A stretch of 64,000 nt of DNA, taken from the NCBI GenBank assembly GCA_016200225.1, contig JACQFD010000008.1, positions 16,433 to 80,432 of the forward strand. Reading direction: 5' to 3'. Shown here piece by piece: positions 20,101 through 29,168 of this stretch. Both the position numbers and the translations under genes were made by a program. This DNA is from Planctomycetota bacterium. GTDB taxonomy: Bacteria > Planctomycetota > UBA1135 > JACQFD01. Position 1 is the first letter of the stretch; each line of letters starts with the position of its first letter. Below the pieces are notes generated by a model, which saw nothing but the letters and a program-made list of their open reading frames with translations, made no database searches and was not told the DNA's origin.

Positions 20101-22223
20101 ATAATTTGGCGTACATTTATTATAAGGCGGTCGACAAGTTTGGCGGCGATCCATTCAAAAAAGCACAGGAGGAATCCAAGGCGTGTCAACAATCGCAGTC
20201 GTCGAACGTATTGGTAACGAAGACTGTATCAACTGTCGCCCCGCCGACAGCGCCATTCATCGATAAAGACAATGATCTGATGCCCGACGATTGGGAGGTC
20301 CTTGTTGGCCTCAACCCCAACAATCCATTGGACGCCGATTTAGATAACGACGGCGATGGGCTAACGAACTTGGAGGAGTACATTCACGGTACAAATCCAT
20401 TCATGATCGACTCCGACGGCGATGGTGTCGACGACAAGACTCAGGTCTTAAATAACCAGCCGTCCATGCCAATTGAACTGGACGAGTCGTGGACCGTGAG
20501 CGCCAATGGACAAAACGTATTAGTAGATTCAATCGGAACATATCGAATCACTAATATTTCGGCGTCTGACCAATTCGGCGCGACTGGTCCGGGTTCATCG
20601 CCGGACTTCAAGAGCGATAATTTCGTTCGGGTTACGGGTGTGAGCAATAAAGATGGAAATATGCGTTACGCATTCAGTCAACCGTTCCAAATTGCCAATG
20701 GGCAGGACTTTAATGTTTCACAATTAGTTTTTACGAATACCCCGCCTCCAATGCCCGTGTCGCTATCCTTGTCGGTGGATCTGCCGACGTTGACACAACT
20801 TGGACAGATTACAAATGCGCACACGGTTGCAAAGTTACAGGATGGATCCTTTCTGGATGTATCGCCGAGTACATCTTGGACCGAATATCAAACGAGCAGC
20901 CTGGCGATTGCAAAGATCGATTCTGAGGGTAAGGTCACGGCCGTCGCAAAAGGAACGGCGTATTTGACCGCACAGAACGGCGGCACGACTGCGGTCGCAA
21001 CCGTCACCGTCTCCCCCGGCGACCCGCTCACGACGCTCGTCGGTTTTGTACAATTAAACGATGGGACGCCTGTCAATAATGCAAAAGTAGTCATACCCGG
21101 TCCAAACTTGACGGCGTTTACCGCCGCGAATGGTAGTTTTGCAATTCCCGGTGTTCCAGCACTCACGGGCAATTTGTCGCTTTCGGCGTCCGCGACGATC
21201 GGACAGGATAGTTATTTCGGTACTCTGGCCAACATCGTTCCCATGCCCGGAAGTATCACCGACGTCGGCATCGTTACCATTGTCAAAGTCGATTGCGTTT
21301 TTGATACAAATTTTGGAACGCAGTTATCAATGAGCGACGATTCGTCCATCCTTGAATCGTTCAATCAGGGATTCACGTTTCCGTTTTTCGGCCAGACGCG
21401 CACGCAAATGTATGTTAATTCAAATGGGAACATAACATTTACTTCGTCCGACTCCACGTATAATCCGCAGCCGATTCCGGGTTACGTTGTCAACGGTCAG
21501 CCGCGGATTTCGATCGCATTCGTCGATTGGAATCCATCGGCCGGAGGCGCGGTATATTACAAACAACTTCCGGACCGCGCTATTGTGACATGGAAGAACA
21601 TGCCGCTTTATATTTTAGGCGGAAGCAGCACGTTTCAGATACAACTATTCGCGACCGGGCGAATTCATTTTCTTTACAATGGAATGACGGCGAACGGAAC
21701 GGGCACAGGCTTCAGCGGCGAAACGCTCGACATCTCCGTCGCCGTGTCGCCCGGCGGATCGCCGACGGTCAAGTCGGTTAATTATAATATTCAGAGTCCG
21801 TTCTCCGGCGGCAGTCCGACGGAGGCCGTATTTGAGAATTTTAATTCCGGCAATCATCTCGACCTCGACGCCAATTGTATGGTTTGGAATCCGAATGGCA
21901 CGGGGTTCGACGTCACGGTCGTGCCGCTCGTAAGCATGATCTACTCGGCCGTTTCGGGTACGGTCACGGACGAGGAGGGACGCGGAATCGAAGGCGCGGA
22001 AGTTACAATTGAGTCTTCGCGCGACGAAAATTTTATTAAGAAAACAACGTCAACATTCGGCGGCCGTTACCATTTCGACTCCATACCCGCTCCCGGTGGC
22101 GCCATGCTCACGGCCACGTTCGGCGGCAAGACCATCGGAACCGGAAGCGCCGCATTGTGGAGCACGCGAAATCACATTCAGATCCGGCCCAATGTGAGCG
22201 TGCCGACACCGAAACATCAGTAA
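17115..22223 (+). CDS. Giant secreted/surface protein: Ig-like (Big/invasin-type) repeats, PLA2-like domain, Ca-binding DxDxDG repeats, nidogen-like beta domain, carboxypeptidase-regulatory-like domains
   Basis: 1702 aa with signal peptide; SGNNQT Ig-repeat motifs; NGCG...ACNAHDICY...CD..F...C; DKDNDLMPDDWE/DLDNDGDGLTNLEEY/DSDGDGVDD; FTFPFFG...MYVNSNGNITF. Confidence 0.8.
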   Translation: MRRLFTILGLLLFILAPAIRAQSIQILNIGSPFQGKLDTPSQSDQWIFFVPQGTKSTLAVQGSQGLAPSVGIQDLTTGAPLDISKLTKTDKKGKITISNLTFPASGPFALTIASANATSGPYTGTSSMSLPKSAGSIQKTTAVNAGETAMIEFVAVEGSKFGASISPKNAKGQSAMPGSATLTGFAGDVDLTNSTKVKNGHITISKVALPDNGLYTLKITNTGGAGSFNIKITIQKPAFAKNTPPAAESAHPSPVLDSLPPSTSGPSVILKGSAFHGRSRLHVDTPLGPLDAIAGTNKTFTIPVDLQPNVLNKFFLTEQLSVGIDLPPVPAGIVQDSQPPVLFVDFPLEGTILAEPTTPVAGRVSDVLSGYQGLTVTVNGIQATVNVGIGTNATFLAENVPLNTDGTPTIIIATATDAVGNSAGTPPRNVLYEAPTGPSLHTVSGNNQTAPVHSWLMNPIVVKVTKLDGSDFPGKLITFTVIKSDGRLSATGTDAGSVGLQAFTDASGNATVFWKMGGDAGFGNDRVQISSTDISGTLYFCASATPGPATQLNVASGNNQTGAVNGIAPEPLAAWVSDSCNGVAGAMVSFTVVSGSATLESNGQNFGPQHTVQADITGHAAINLRFGQDAGKCTVEATFAGYAGSPATFVATSLAPNPATPTSLSGIVMDNASQPIQNVKCILTIGGAALPSILTNIDGGFAFASIPGSGPAKLRVEGQLADHIGGASGTAVLPGSFPALEYELVIIPNVANTMPSPILLPQLNPNNARVYDGTQDVVLTVEGIAGLQMIIKAGSMTRADNSVPDINNPEIVSLNQVHHDDVPMPMPDGAAPPFAWTLQPGGSHFNPPVQITYPNMSGLPAGAVTNFLSFNHATGKFEIVGAGHVVNDGSVIVTDPGSGISTAGWGCNCPPYAVTGNCKDCTPKPNGCGSSDWMTKFLNTPLGLGVDFTPACNAHDICYGTYPASKSQCDLAFYQNLLAICAATFPNDQSKAAKCNNLAYIYYKAVDKFGGDPFKKAQEESKACQQSQSSNVLVTKTVSTVAPPTAPFIDKDNDLMPDDWEVLVGLNPNNPLDADLDNDGDGLTNLEEYIHGTNPFMIDSDGDGVDDKTQVLNNQPSMPIELDESWTVSANGQNVLVDSIGTYRITNISASDQFGATGPGSSPDFKSDNFVRVTGVSNKDGNMRYAFSQPFQIANGQDFNVSQLVFTNTPPPMPVSLSLSVDLPTLTQLGQITNAHTVAKLQDGSFLDVSPSTSWTEYQTSSLAIAKIDSEGKVTAVAKGTAYLTAQNGGTTAVATVTVSPGDPLTTLVGFVQLNDGTPVNNAKVVIPGPNLTAFTAANGSFAIPGVPALTGNLSLSASATIGQDSYFGTLANIVPMPGSITDVGIVTIVKVDCVFDTNFGTQLSMSDDSSILESFNQGFTFPFFGQTRTQMYVNSNGNITFTSSDSTYNPQPIPGYVVNGQPRISIAFVDWNPSAGGAVYYKQLPDRAIVTWKNMPLYILGGSSTFQIQLFATGRIHFLYNGMTANGTGTGFSGETLDISVAVSPGGSPTVKSVNYNIQSPFSGGSPTEAVFENFNSGNHLDLDANCMVWNPNGTGFDVTVVPLVSMIYSAVSGTVTDEEGRGIEGAEVTIESSRDENFIKKTTSTFGGRYHFDSIPAPGGAMLTATFGGKTIGTGSAALWSTRNHIQIRPNVSVPTPKHQ

Positions 22224-22349
22224 AATTAGATAATACAATTCGGCGCGCACGTGCTTCCCGGCGGCGCGCCTCCGGAGCGGGCGATCTTCCCGTTTTCGAT
22301 TTTCGTACACCCATCCGTTGCCGCGCGGCGTCTCCGTATCAACGACACG

Positions 22350-25300
22350 ATGGCAACCGACTCGATCGACAAGAGCGCGCTTCTCGCGCATGACGCATTC
22401 GTGCGGGCGCTCGCGCGGCGTTTGTTGCAGAACGACGCCGATGCCGACGACGCCGCGCAGCATGTGTGGCATCGCGCGCTGACGGCGCCGCCGCGCGCGG
22501 CCGCATCGGCCCGTGCCTGGATCGCGGCGGTTCTTAACAATTACGTCCGCGACCTCCGCCGGAGCGCTGCGCGCCGAAAAGCGCGCGAAAACGCTGGATC
22601 GCGCGCCGAATCGCTGCCGGCCGTGGACGAGGTTCTCGCGCGCGAAGCGGCCCGCCGCCTCGTCGTCGAAACTGTTTTGAACCTCGACGAGCCGTGGCGG
22701 ACGACGCTTTTGTTGCATTACTTCGACGGCAAGTCGGCCCGCGAGATCGCCAATATTTGTAGTATCCCGCCAGAGACGGCGCGCGCTCGCATCCGCCGCG
22801 CGCTCGCGCTCGCGCGGCGGCGGCTCGATCTTCAGAGCAACGGCGATCGCGGCGCGTGGTGCGCAGGCGTCGCATTGCTTGCATTCGCGCAGCCGCCGGT
22901 TCCATTCATAACAATTCTGAACAGTTCCAAAAACGTCGCCGGAAAGCTGATCATGGCATCCACCAAAACGAAAATCGCCGCGTGCGTTGCATTTATATTA
23001 TGCGTCGCCGGCTCTATCTTTTATATAACAGATCGGCCGAACGTAAACGATCGAAGCCTCGCGCCCGAGGGACGCGCGGACGGCGCGTCCGCGGACGCCG
23101 GGGCGGAACCCGCGCGCGCCGACGAACCGTCCGGCGGCGTGGAGGACGGCCGGAGGATCGACGCTTCGCCGCGCGTCGCACAAAAACAACAAAACGGCCG
23201 CGGTTCGATTCGCGGCCGCATCGTGGAAGCGAACGGCGCGCCCGTTCCGAACGCGCACGTCGACCGCCTCGGCGCGTCGCTCGATTTCTTAACATTCGGA
23301 TTGGATACGTTCATCCACGGCGGCGGCGCGCCCGCTCCTGTGGGAATATTAGATTCGGCGACGACGGGACAGGACGGCCAATTTCAATTTTCGCGCGTCG
23401 CCGGGCACGAATCGTGGCTCCTCGGAGTCAATCTCGGCCGGCCGCGCGCAACCTTACGATTTCTCGACGCGGCCCCCGCCGACGACGCAACGGTCGACGT
23501 CGGCGACATCGTGCTCGACCGGGCGCGGCGCCTCGCGGGAAAATTACAATACGCCGACGGCGCGCCCGCGGCCGGCACGATCATTAAATTTACCAATCTG
23601 CCGCCGGCGATCGCGGAGGCCGGCCTCGAGTTTTTGACGCGCGGACGATCGTATATCGTCGACGCGCACTGGCTCGGCGCGCGCGAGCCGGGGTACGCTT
23701 CGCTCGCGTGGACGCCGCCGTCGTGGGTCGACTCGCTGATTCCGCTGCTGCCGATTCCCGAAACGAAAACGAACGGCGACGGATCGTTCGCGATCGACGG
23801 CGCGCCGGGGGGAAATTATTATGTTTACGCGGCGGCGCCCGGCCGCTGCCCCGCGCGATTCGGCCCCTTTTCGAGCGACGGCGATCTATCGTTAATATTA
23901 CCTAAACCCGCGCCGGTTCGCGGCGTCGCCGTCGACGAAAAAGGCGTTCCGGTCGCCGGCGCCGAAATCCGCCCCGGCGTGCCCTCGGCCAAATATAACG
24001 ATTCGCTCGCGTTTTTGTTAAATTCCGTCAAGTCGGGCGCCGACGGGAGTTTTACTGTTCCGGATCTCCCGGGAGAGTCGGCGCGATTCGCGGCGCGCGC
24101 GCCCGGCGCGGTCAGTTATAATATTTCTCCGATATTACAACTATCCGCGGAGCCCGTCCGCGTGGTCGTGCCGACGCCGGCGGCGCTCACCGTGCGCGTT
24201 CAGGACGACAAAGGAGAGCCCGTGGACGCGGCGCTCTCGATACTACAATTCAGCGGCGCGGCGAACGGCGTCGACTCGAAAGCCGGAGTCTTTCTCGACA
24301 GCCTGCCCGTCCTGTCGACCTATATAACAAAAGGCTCCGCGATCGACGAAAAGTCGCAACTCCTCGCAGAGTCCACGGCGCGCGTCTACGCTCTCGACGC
24401 GCAGCGGGCGATCGAGAAAGCCGCGATCACGCATCTCAAATCCGGCGAGTTGCGGCTCGAGTATTTCGGAAAGAGGCTCAATATCAATTCGCGCGCGAAA
24501 TACGATAGTTCGACGGATTTGTATCGTTTCGCGCTCGAAAAACTGAAAGTAAAGATCACCCGCGTCGAGACGGGCGTTTACAAGATCGAGGGACTCGGAC
24601 CCGGACAGTACCGGGTGCTCGCGCGCAATCCGGACTTCGCGCCCGCCTCGCTCGGAGTCACGCTCGCGAGCGGAGCTTCCGAGGAGCTTCGCTTCGCGCT
24701 CGAAGCGGCGCGGAAATATCAATTTTACATTTCGAGCGGCGAAGGCCCCGCCAGCCGTCCCGTCGCCGGCGCGCGCGTAACCCTGCGGCGCAACACCGGA
24801 ACCTCGCCGTTCGCCGCGCCCGTCGACGGCGCCGGCACGACCGACGCGTCGGGTAATTGTAACTTTTCATGGATCGGCGCGGGAGGATTTATCGTAAGCG
24901 TCGTCCATCCCGATTTCGCGCCGTATTATCAATCGGTCGCGCTCGGCGAATCCGGACAATTGTATATTACAATCAATCAGGGCGGCGCCTTGCGTGGGCG
25001 CGTGCTGTCGGGCGGCGCGCCCACGCCTTTGCCGATGGCGGTATTCTTACAATTGCGCGGCGGCGCGGGCCCCGAGGGTCCGTTCCGCGCGACCACGGAC
25101 GCGAATGGCAATTTTCATTGGAACCGCGTCCCGCCCGGCGATTATGACATCTTCGCGGGCGACCGCTTGATCGCGCTGCCGAATGGCGCGGGCGGCGTTC
25201 TCTCCGACTGGATCGCGACGCACTCGCGCGAGGCCGCCAGTTGTAGCGTCGTCGCCGGCGCGACGACCGAGGTGACGCTTGATTTATTACATCCCGAGCG

Positions 25301-26105
25301 CCCCGCGCTCCGCGGTAGAATTACGATCAACGGCGCGCCCGCCGCGCATTGTAACTTTTCCGCTTCCGGCGAATTCGGCGGTTCGCCACGATTTGCGACG
25401 GACGACCGCGGCGAATTCGATCTCGGCCCGGCAAGTCCGAATCATTATGAATTGACGGTCTTTCCGAAAAATAATATGAATTTTCCGCTGGGGACGCGCG
25501 GCGTGGAAGTCGTGCGCGGCGAATTGTTTTATTTAGATTGGAACATCGAGGCGGGCGGCATTCACGGATCCGTACAATTGGAAAGCGGCGCTGCCGCCGC
25601 CAATGCCACAGTTCTGTTCCGCGTGCGCGCGGCCGACGGCAGGGGCAAACCCGTCGTGCGCACGATGGAAGCCGACGCCGACGGAAAATTTACAAACGAC
25701 GCGCTCGCGCCCGGCGATTATTATGTATATGCGGTCTGCCAGGAACAGCGCACGCTTCCGGCCACTATTACAGTTTCACCGGGAGGTTCGGCGCGGGCCG
25801 ACTTATCGTTAAAACCGTCGCACCCCGTCCAGGGTGCGATCGACGCTCCAAACCTCGAAGGCGCCGTTTCCATAAAGTTACTATTGCGCCCGACCGACAA
25901 CCCCGACCCGTTCGCCATCCGCGAAACCGAAATCAACGCCGAATCGCTCGAATTCACCGTTCCGGGCCTCCGCCGCACACGTTTCGCCCCTCGCCTTCAG
26001 GTTTCCTTCGACGACGGGCGCGTTCTTCATTATAAAGCTCCCGAATTTAACGTTCCGCATCCGGCGGATCAAAAATTTATTATACATTTCGAGATTGAAG
26101 ACTAA
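22350..26105 (+). CDS. Membrane-tethered ECF sigma factor with large extracytoplasmic carboxypeptidase-regulatory-like repeat region
   Basis: Likely start ATG 22350. Sigma2 (FVRALARRLL..DADADDAAQHVW...WIAAVLNN) and sigma4 (LDEPWRTTLLLHYFDGKSAREIA...ETARARIRRAL), then TM segment(s) and repeats of GRxVxxxGxPVxGA. Confidence 0.85.
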   Translation: MATDSIDKSALLAHDAFVRALARRLLQNDADADDAAQHVWHRALTAPPRAAASARAWIAAVLNNYVRDLRRSAARRKARENAGSRAESLPAVDEVLAREAARRLVVETVLNLDEPWRTTLLLHYFDGKSAREIANICSIPPETARARIRRALALARRRLDLQSNGDRGAWCAGVALLAFAQPPVPFITILNSSKNVAGKLIMASTKTKIAACVAFILCVAGSIFYITDRPNVNDRSLAPEGRADGASADAGAEPARADEPSGGVEDGRRIDASPRVAQKQQNGRGSIRGRIVEANGAPVPNAHVDRLGASLDFLTFGLDTFIHGGGAPAPVGILDSATTGQDGQFQFSRVAGHESWLLGVNLGRPRATLRFLDAAPADDATVDVGDIVLDRARRLAGKLQYADGAPAAGTIIKFTNLPPAIAEAGLEFLTRGRSYIVDAHWLGAREPGYASLAWTPPSWVDSLIPLLPIPETKTNGDGSFAIDGAPGGNYYVYAAAPGRCPARFGPFSSDGDLSLILPKPAPVRGVAVDEKGVPVAGAEIRPGVPSAKYNDSLAFLLNSVKSGADGSFTVPDLPGESARFAARAPGAVSYNISPILQLSAEPVRVVVPTPAALTVRVQDDKGEPVDAALSILQFSGAANGVDSKAGVFLDSLPVLSTYITKGSAIDEKSQLLAESTARVYALDAQRAIEKAAITHLKSGELRLEYFGKRLNINSRAKYDSSTDLYRFALEKLKVKITRVETGVYKIEGLGPGQYRVLARNPDFAPASLGVTLASGASEELRFALEAARKYQFYISSGEGPASRPVAGARVTLRRNTGTSPFAAPVDGAGTTDASGNCNFSWIGAGGFIVSVVHPDFAPYYQSVALGESGQLYITINQGGALRGRVLSGGAPTPLPMAVFLQLRGGAGPEGPFRATTDANGNFHWNRVPPGDYDIFAGDRLIALPNGAGGVLSDWIATHSREAASCSVVAGATTEVTLDLLHPERPALRGRITINGAPAAHCNFSASGEFGGSPRFATDDRGEFDLGPASPNHYELTVFPKNNMNFPLGTRGVEVVRGELFYLDWNIEAGGIHGSVQLESGAAAANATVLFRVRAADGRGKPVVRTMEADADGKFTNDALAPGDYYVYAVCQEQRTLPATITVSPGGSARADLSLKPSHPVQGAIDAPNLEGAVSIKLLLRPTDNPDPFAIRETEINAESLEFTVPGLRRTRFAPRLQVSFDDGRVLHYKAPEFNVPHPADQKFIIHFEIED

Positions 26106-26157
26106 GTAAAAACAGCGACAGGACCACTTCTGTCCCGCTTTTCTCCCCCCAACCACA

Positions 26158-26394
26158 CCCCATTCCCGTCGATCGCCGGGCTCCGGTTCCGCGCGAGTTC
26201 CGCAGCCGGCTCGAATGCAAACGCTCTGCGTTTGCATTCGCCGGCGAGGACCTGCCGAGCGCCGGAACCGGTCCCGGCGATCGTCAAAAATACATATATT
26301 ATTATTAAAAAAATAATAAGTCCCCGCGGGCTGAGCGAAAAGCCCTCGCGGGCTGAGCGGAAGGCCCTCGCGGGCTGAGCGAAACATTCCCTTC
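26158..26394. repeat. Left copy (R-L) of a ~240 bp direct repeat: long hairpin, AT-rich spacer, 3 tandem 21-22 nt units, stub of aconitase 3' end
   Basis: Near-identical to 37128-37385 (offset 10970). Ends in GCGAAACATTCCCTTC versus GCGAAACATCCCTTC at the aconitase 3' end. Confidence 0.95.
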
Positions 26395-26428
26395 TTATGT
26401 AGAAGTGGACCTATCCCCTTTTTTCCGT

Positions 26429-29047
26429 TCAATTCGTAATGTCAACCTTCAATCCGCGCGACGTAACAATATCGTAAGTTGCCGTCGTGATGGCGCGCCC
26501 GTCGGCGACGCGCTCGACCCAAAGCGATTGAATGTAGAATGTCATTCCGACCAAACCGGGATCGTTGGGAATCGGCGTCGCGGCGTACGCATTTCCCTGT
26601 GCATCGCTATAAATATCAAATAACACAAAGGTCGTCGACATTGCCAGATCTACGTGAATCATTGCGCCGACGCCGAATGCGTCGCTGCCCGCGAAGTCGA
26701 TCACGTCGCCGCCGTAGCCGAGGCCGAGCGAGCTCGCCGGAGCGTTCGTGCATGTTAAATTAAAAGTCATATCATTAATTCTAGGCGAACGCGGCGCGCC
26801 CATGGCGAGGCGCCCCGAAGCGCCGCCCGAGCCGGTTCCGTAATGACTCATTCCAAACGGCTGCGAGCCGGCGTCGAAAATCACGGTGACGTTGTCATTC
26901 GTCGGATTCGCCGTGACGAAATCTACTTTTCCGCGCAACTTGAAATCGGCGCATGCAAGCCCGGCCGGGTTCAGTCCCGTCGAAACCGACGTCGCCGAGG
27001 CCGCTCCAAGCACGCGCCGGATCAACGCACTTCCACCCTCGCTCGTATTGATAAGTTCTCCGATTCCATCGCCCGTAATATCTGTAAGAATTACACCGGT
27101 TGGATTCGCGCCAGCGGGATGGATCGCGGGCGCGCCAAATCCGCCGCCGCCCGCGCCGATGTACAATGCAAGATCATTGGTAGTATACTCGGCCATGACA
27201 ATATCCATGACGCCGTCGCGATTCGCATCGCCCGTCGCGATGGCGACGGGTTTCATGCCCGGGGATAAGTTTAATGACGCAAGCGAGAAGACGCCCGCTC
27301 CCACGTTAATAAGTATATCCATATTGCTCGATCCCGCAAGAATGCCCTCCTCGGCGATGGCCAGATCCGGCAATCCGTCGCCGTTGAAGTCCTGAAGGAG
27401 GATCGCATTGACTTCATTAAAATATGCGTTGTAAACGGGGAGCGCGAATGAACCACCCCCATTGTTCATAATGATTCCGTATCCGGATCCGGTCGGAATC
27501 GGGCCGGCGCCGAGGTCGACATAACCAAAAACAAGATCCGGATCTCCGTCCATGTCGATATCTGAAATAACAATTGAATTCGGCTGGTGAATCAGTGGAA
27601 TCGTGCTAATACCTCCGGTCAATTGTGTGCCGGTTCCATGAATAATCGTCAGCGTGCTTCCGAGGAAATCGGCTGTTACAATATCGAGATTTCGATCGCC
27701 ATTGACGTCGGCGATCGCGAGCGCCCGGGGTCCATTTCCGACAACAGGTACCAATGGAGCCGAAAACCCTCCCGAGCCGTCGCCGAAACGAATCATAACA
27801 TTATTCGAGTTTTCGTTTACAACCGCAAAATCGGGAAAACCGTCCTCGTCGATATCCGCGGTCGCGACCGCGACAGGACTCAAGAATGCCGAAATGATTG
27901 TATCCGATACGACCGGGTCGAGTCCCTGGTTGAATAGTATATTAATGATCCCGTCGATCGCCGGCGTCTCGCCGCAAACGGCCGCGTCGGTCCTTTGATC
28001 GCCGTTCCAATCGGCGAGCGCAATTGCGCGGGGCCGCTGGTTTCCTATATGCATCTCATTCATCGAAAAACCGCCTGATCCGTTATTTTGATAGGCATCG
28101 AGCGTGGCGTCGGTCACCATCGCGCTCGCGTGGTGGCAACTAACAAATACATCCGCGAGGCCGTCGCCGTCGGCGTCGGCCGCCGAAAGCCGCATCGGCT
28201 CCACGTGCGTTGGAACATTATGGATGGCAATCAACAGACCCCCGCCGTTGTTCCCGATCACGCCAAATTGATCGCTCGCCGTTCCGTAACATACCAATAC
28301 TTCGGGCGCCCCGTCGCCCGTCGTGTCAGCCACGAAATGATCGACGGCCGGAAAAGGTAATATAAATATAAATTCCGGGCTGAAGGTCATCGCGGGTCCG
28401 CCTTTGCGCACGGCGACGGCGAGCGGCGCAAGACACACCAAATCGAGTTCGCCGTCGTGATCCAAATCCGCGACTCTTAGTTTTTCAACGCCGACTGCGG
28501 ACGCGTACACGGGCACACCCGCAAGAGTTCCGTTTCCAAAGCCTGTCCAAATCGCAGTGCCGGGGCCGATCCAAATCTCCGCGCAATCGAGATTGCCATT
28601 TTGATCGAAATCGCCCGCCCCGACGCCGCCGGAGGGCCCCGCAACGTGAGATATGCTAAACGTATTTGCTAACATTCCGGCTCCATCCCCGGTGAAAATA
28701 CAGATTTGGTAACCTCCCGACGCGACGGCATCGAGATTGCCATCATTATTATAATCGCCAATTGTAATAAATTGCGGCGTCATCGCGACGGCGGGCGGCG
28801 CAAACGATGGCGGCAGCAGAAGTCCCGTTCCCTGTCCAAGCCGTAACTCAAGCCGCGCCGCAGGCCCGTCGTGCGCCGTTAACAGATCCTCGATTCCATC
28901 ATTATTAAAATCGCCCGCCGCCGCATCCGCCGCGGAATTGTTAGGTCCCGTCCCGTAGGTTTCGGGCTGTGTGTACGTCTGCGCGAGGGCGCTGCCGGAA
29001 AGAACCGCGGAGAGAACGAGGAGGGCAGGGGCTGGGGTTATTCGCAT
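26429..29047 (-). CDS. FG-GAP/VCBS repeat (integrin-alpha-like beta-propeller) secreted protein 1
   Basis: Signal peptide from ATG 29047; more than ten GDFNxDGxxDL-type repeats; C-terminal IPNDPGLVG domain. Confidence 0.9.
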   Translation of the reverse strand: MRITPAPALLVLSAVLSGSALAQTYTQPETYGTGPNNSAADAAAGDFNNDGIEDLLTAHDGPAARLELRLGQGTGLLLPPSFAPPAVAMTPQFITIGDYNNDGNLDAVASGGYQICIFTGDGAGMLANTFSISHVAGPSGGVGAGDFDQNGNLDCAEIWIGPGTAIWTGFGNGTLAGVPVYASAVGVEKLRVADLDHDGELDLVCLAPLAVAVRKGGPAMTFSPEFIFILPFPAVDHFVADTTGDGAPEVLVCYGTASDQFGVIGNNGGGLLIAIHNVPTHVEPMRLSAADADGDGLADVFVSCHHASAMVTDATLDAYQNNGSGGFSMNEMHIGNQRPRAIALADWNGDQRTDAAVCGETPAIDGIINILFNQGLDPVVSDTIISAFLSPVAVATADIDEDGFPDFAVVNENSNNVMIRFGDGSGGFSAPLVPVVGNGPRALAIADVNGDRNLDIVTADFLGSTLTIIHGTGTQLTGGISTIPLIHQPNSIVISDIDMDGDPDLVFGYVDLGAGPIPTGSGYGIIMNNGGGSFALPVYNAYFNEVNAILLQDFNGDGLPDLAIAEEGILAGSSNMDILINVGAGVFSLASLNLSPGMKPVAIATGDANRDGVMDIVMAEYTTNDLALYIGAGGGGFGAPAIHPAGANPTGVILTDITGDGIGELINTSEGGSALIRRVLGAASATSVSTGLNPAGLACADFKLRGKVDFVTANPTNDNVTVIFDAGSQPFGMSHYGTGSGGASGRLAMGAPRSPRINDMTFNLTCTNAPASSLGLGYGGDVIDFAGSDAFGVGAMIHVDLAMSTTFVLFDIYSDAQGNAYAATPIPNDPGLVGMTFYIQSLWVERVADGRAITTATYDIVTSRGLKVDITN

Positions 29048-29168
29048 GGCAATGTACTTGTCGCCGTCCAGAGGGAACATCCATCACGCAATTAACCCCA
29101 AAAACGGAGTCGGGTCCACTTTTGCAGTCGCAGAAGTCGACCTGTCCCCCTTTTCGCCCCCTTTTCGC

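Larger units (their letters stand above)
26117..29160. repeat. REP-like short repeat family, consensus about AGAAGTGGACCYGTCCCC
   Basis: Copies at 26117-26132 (-), 26401-26420 (+), 29111-29124 (-), 29140-29160 (+); also 4413-4430 (-) and 49017-49032 (+). All intergenic, at or close to gene 3' ends. Confidence 0.6.
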
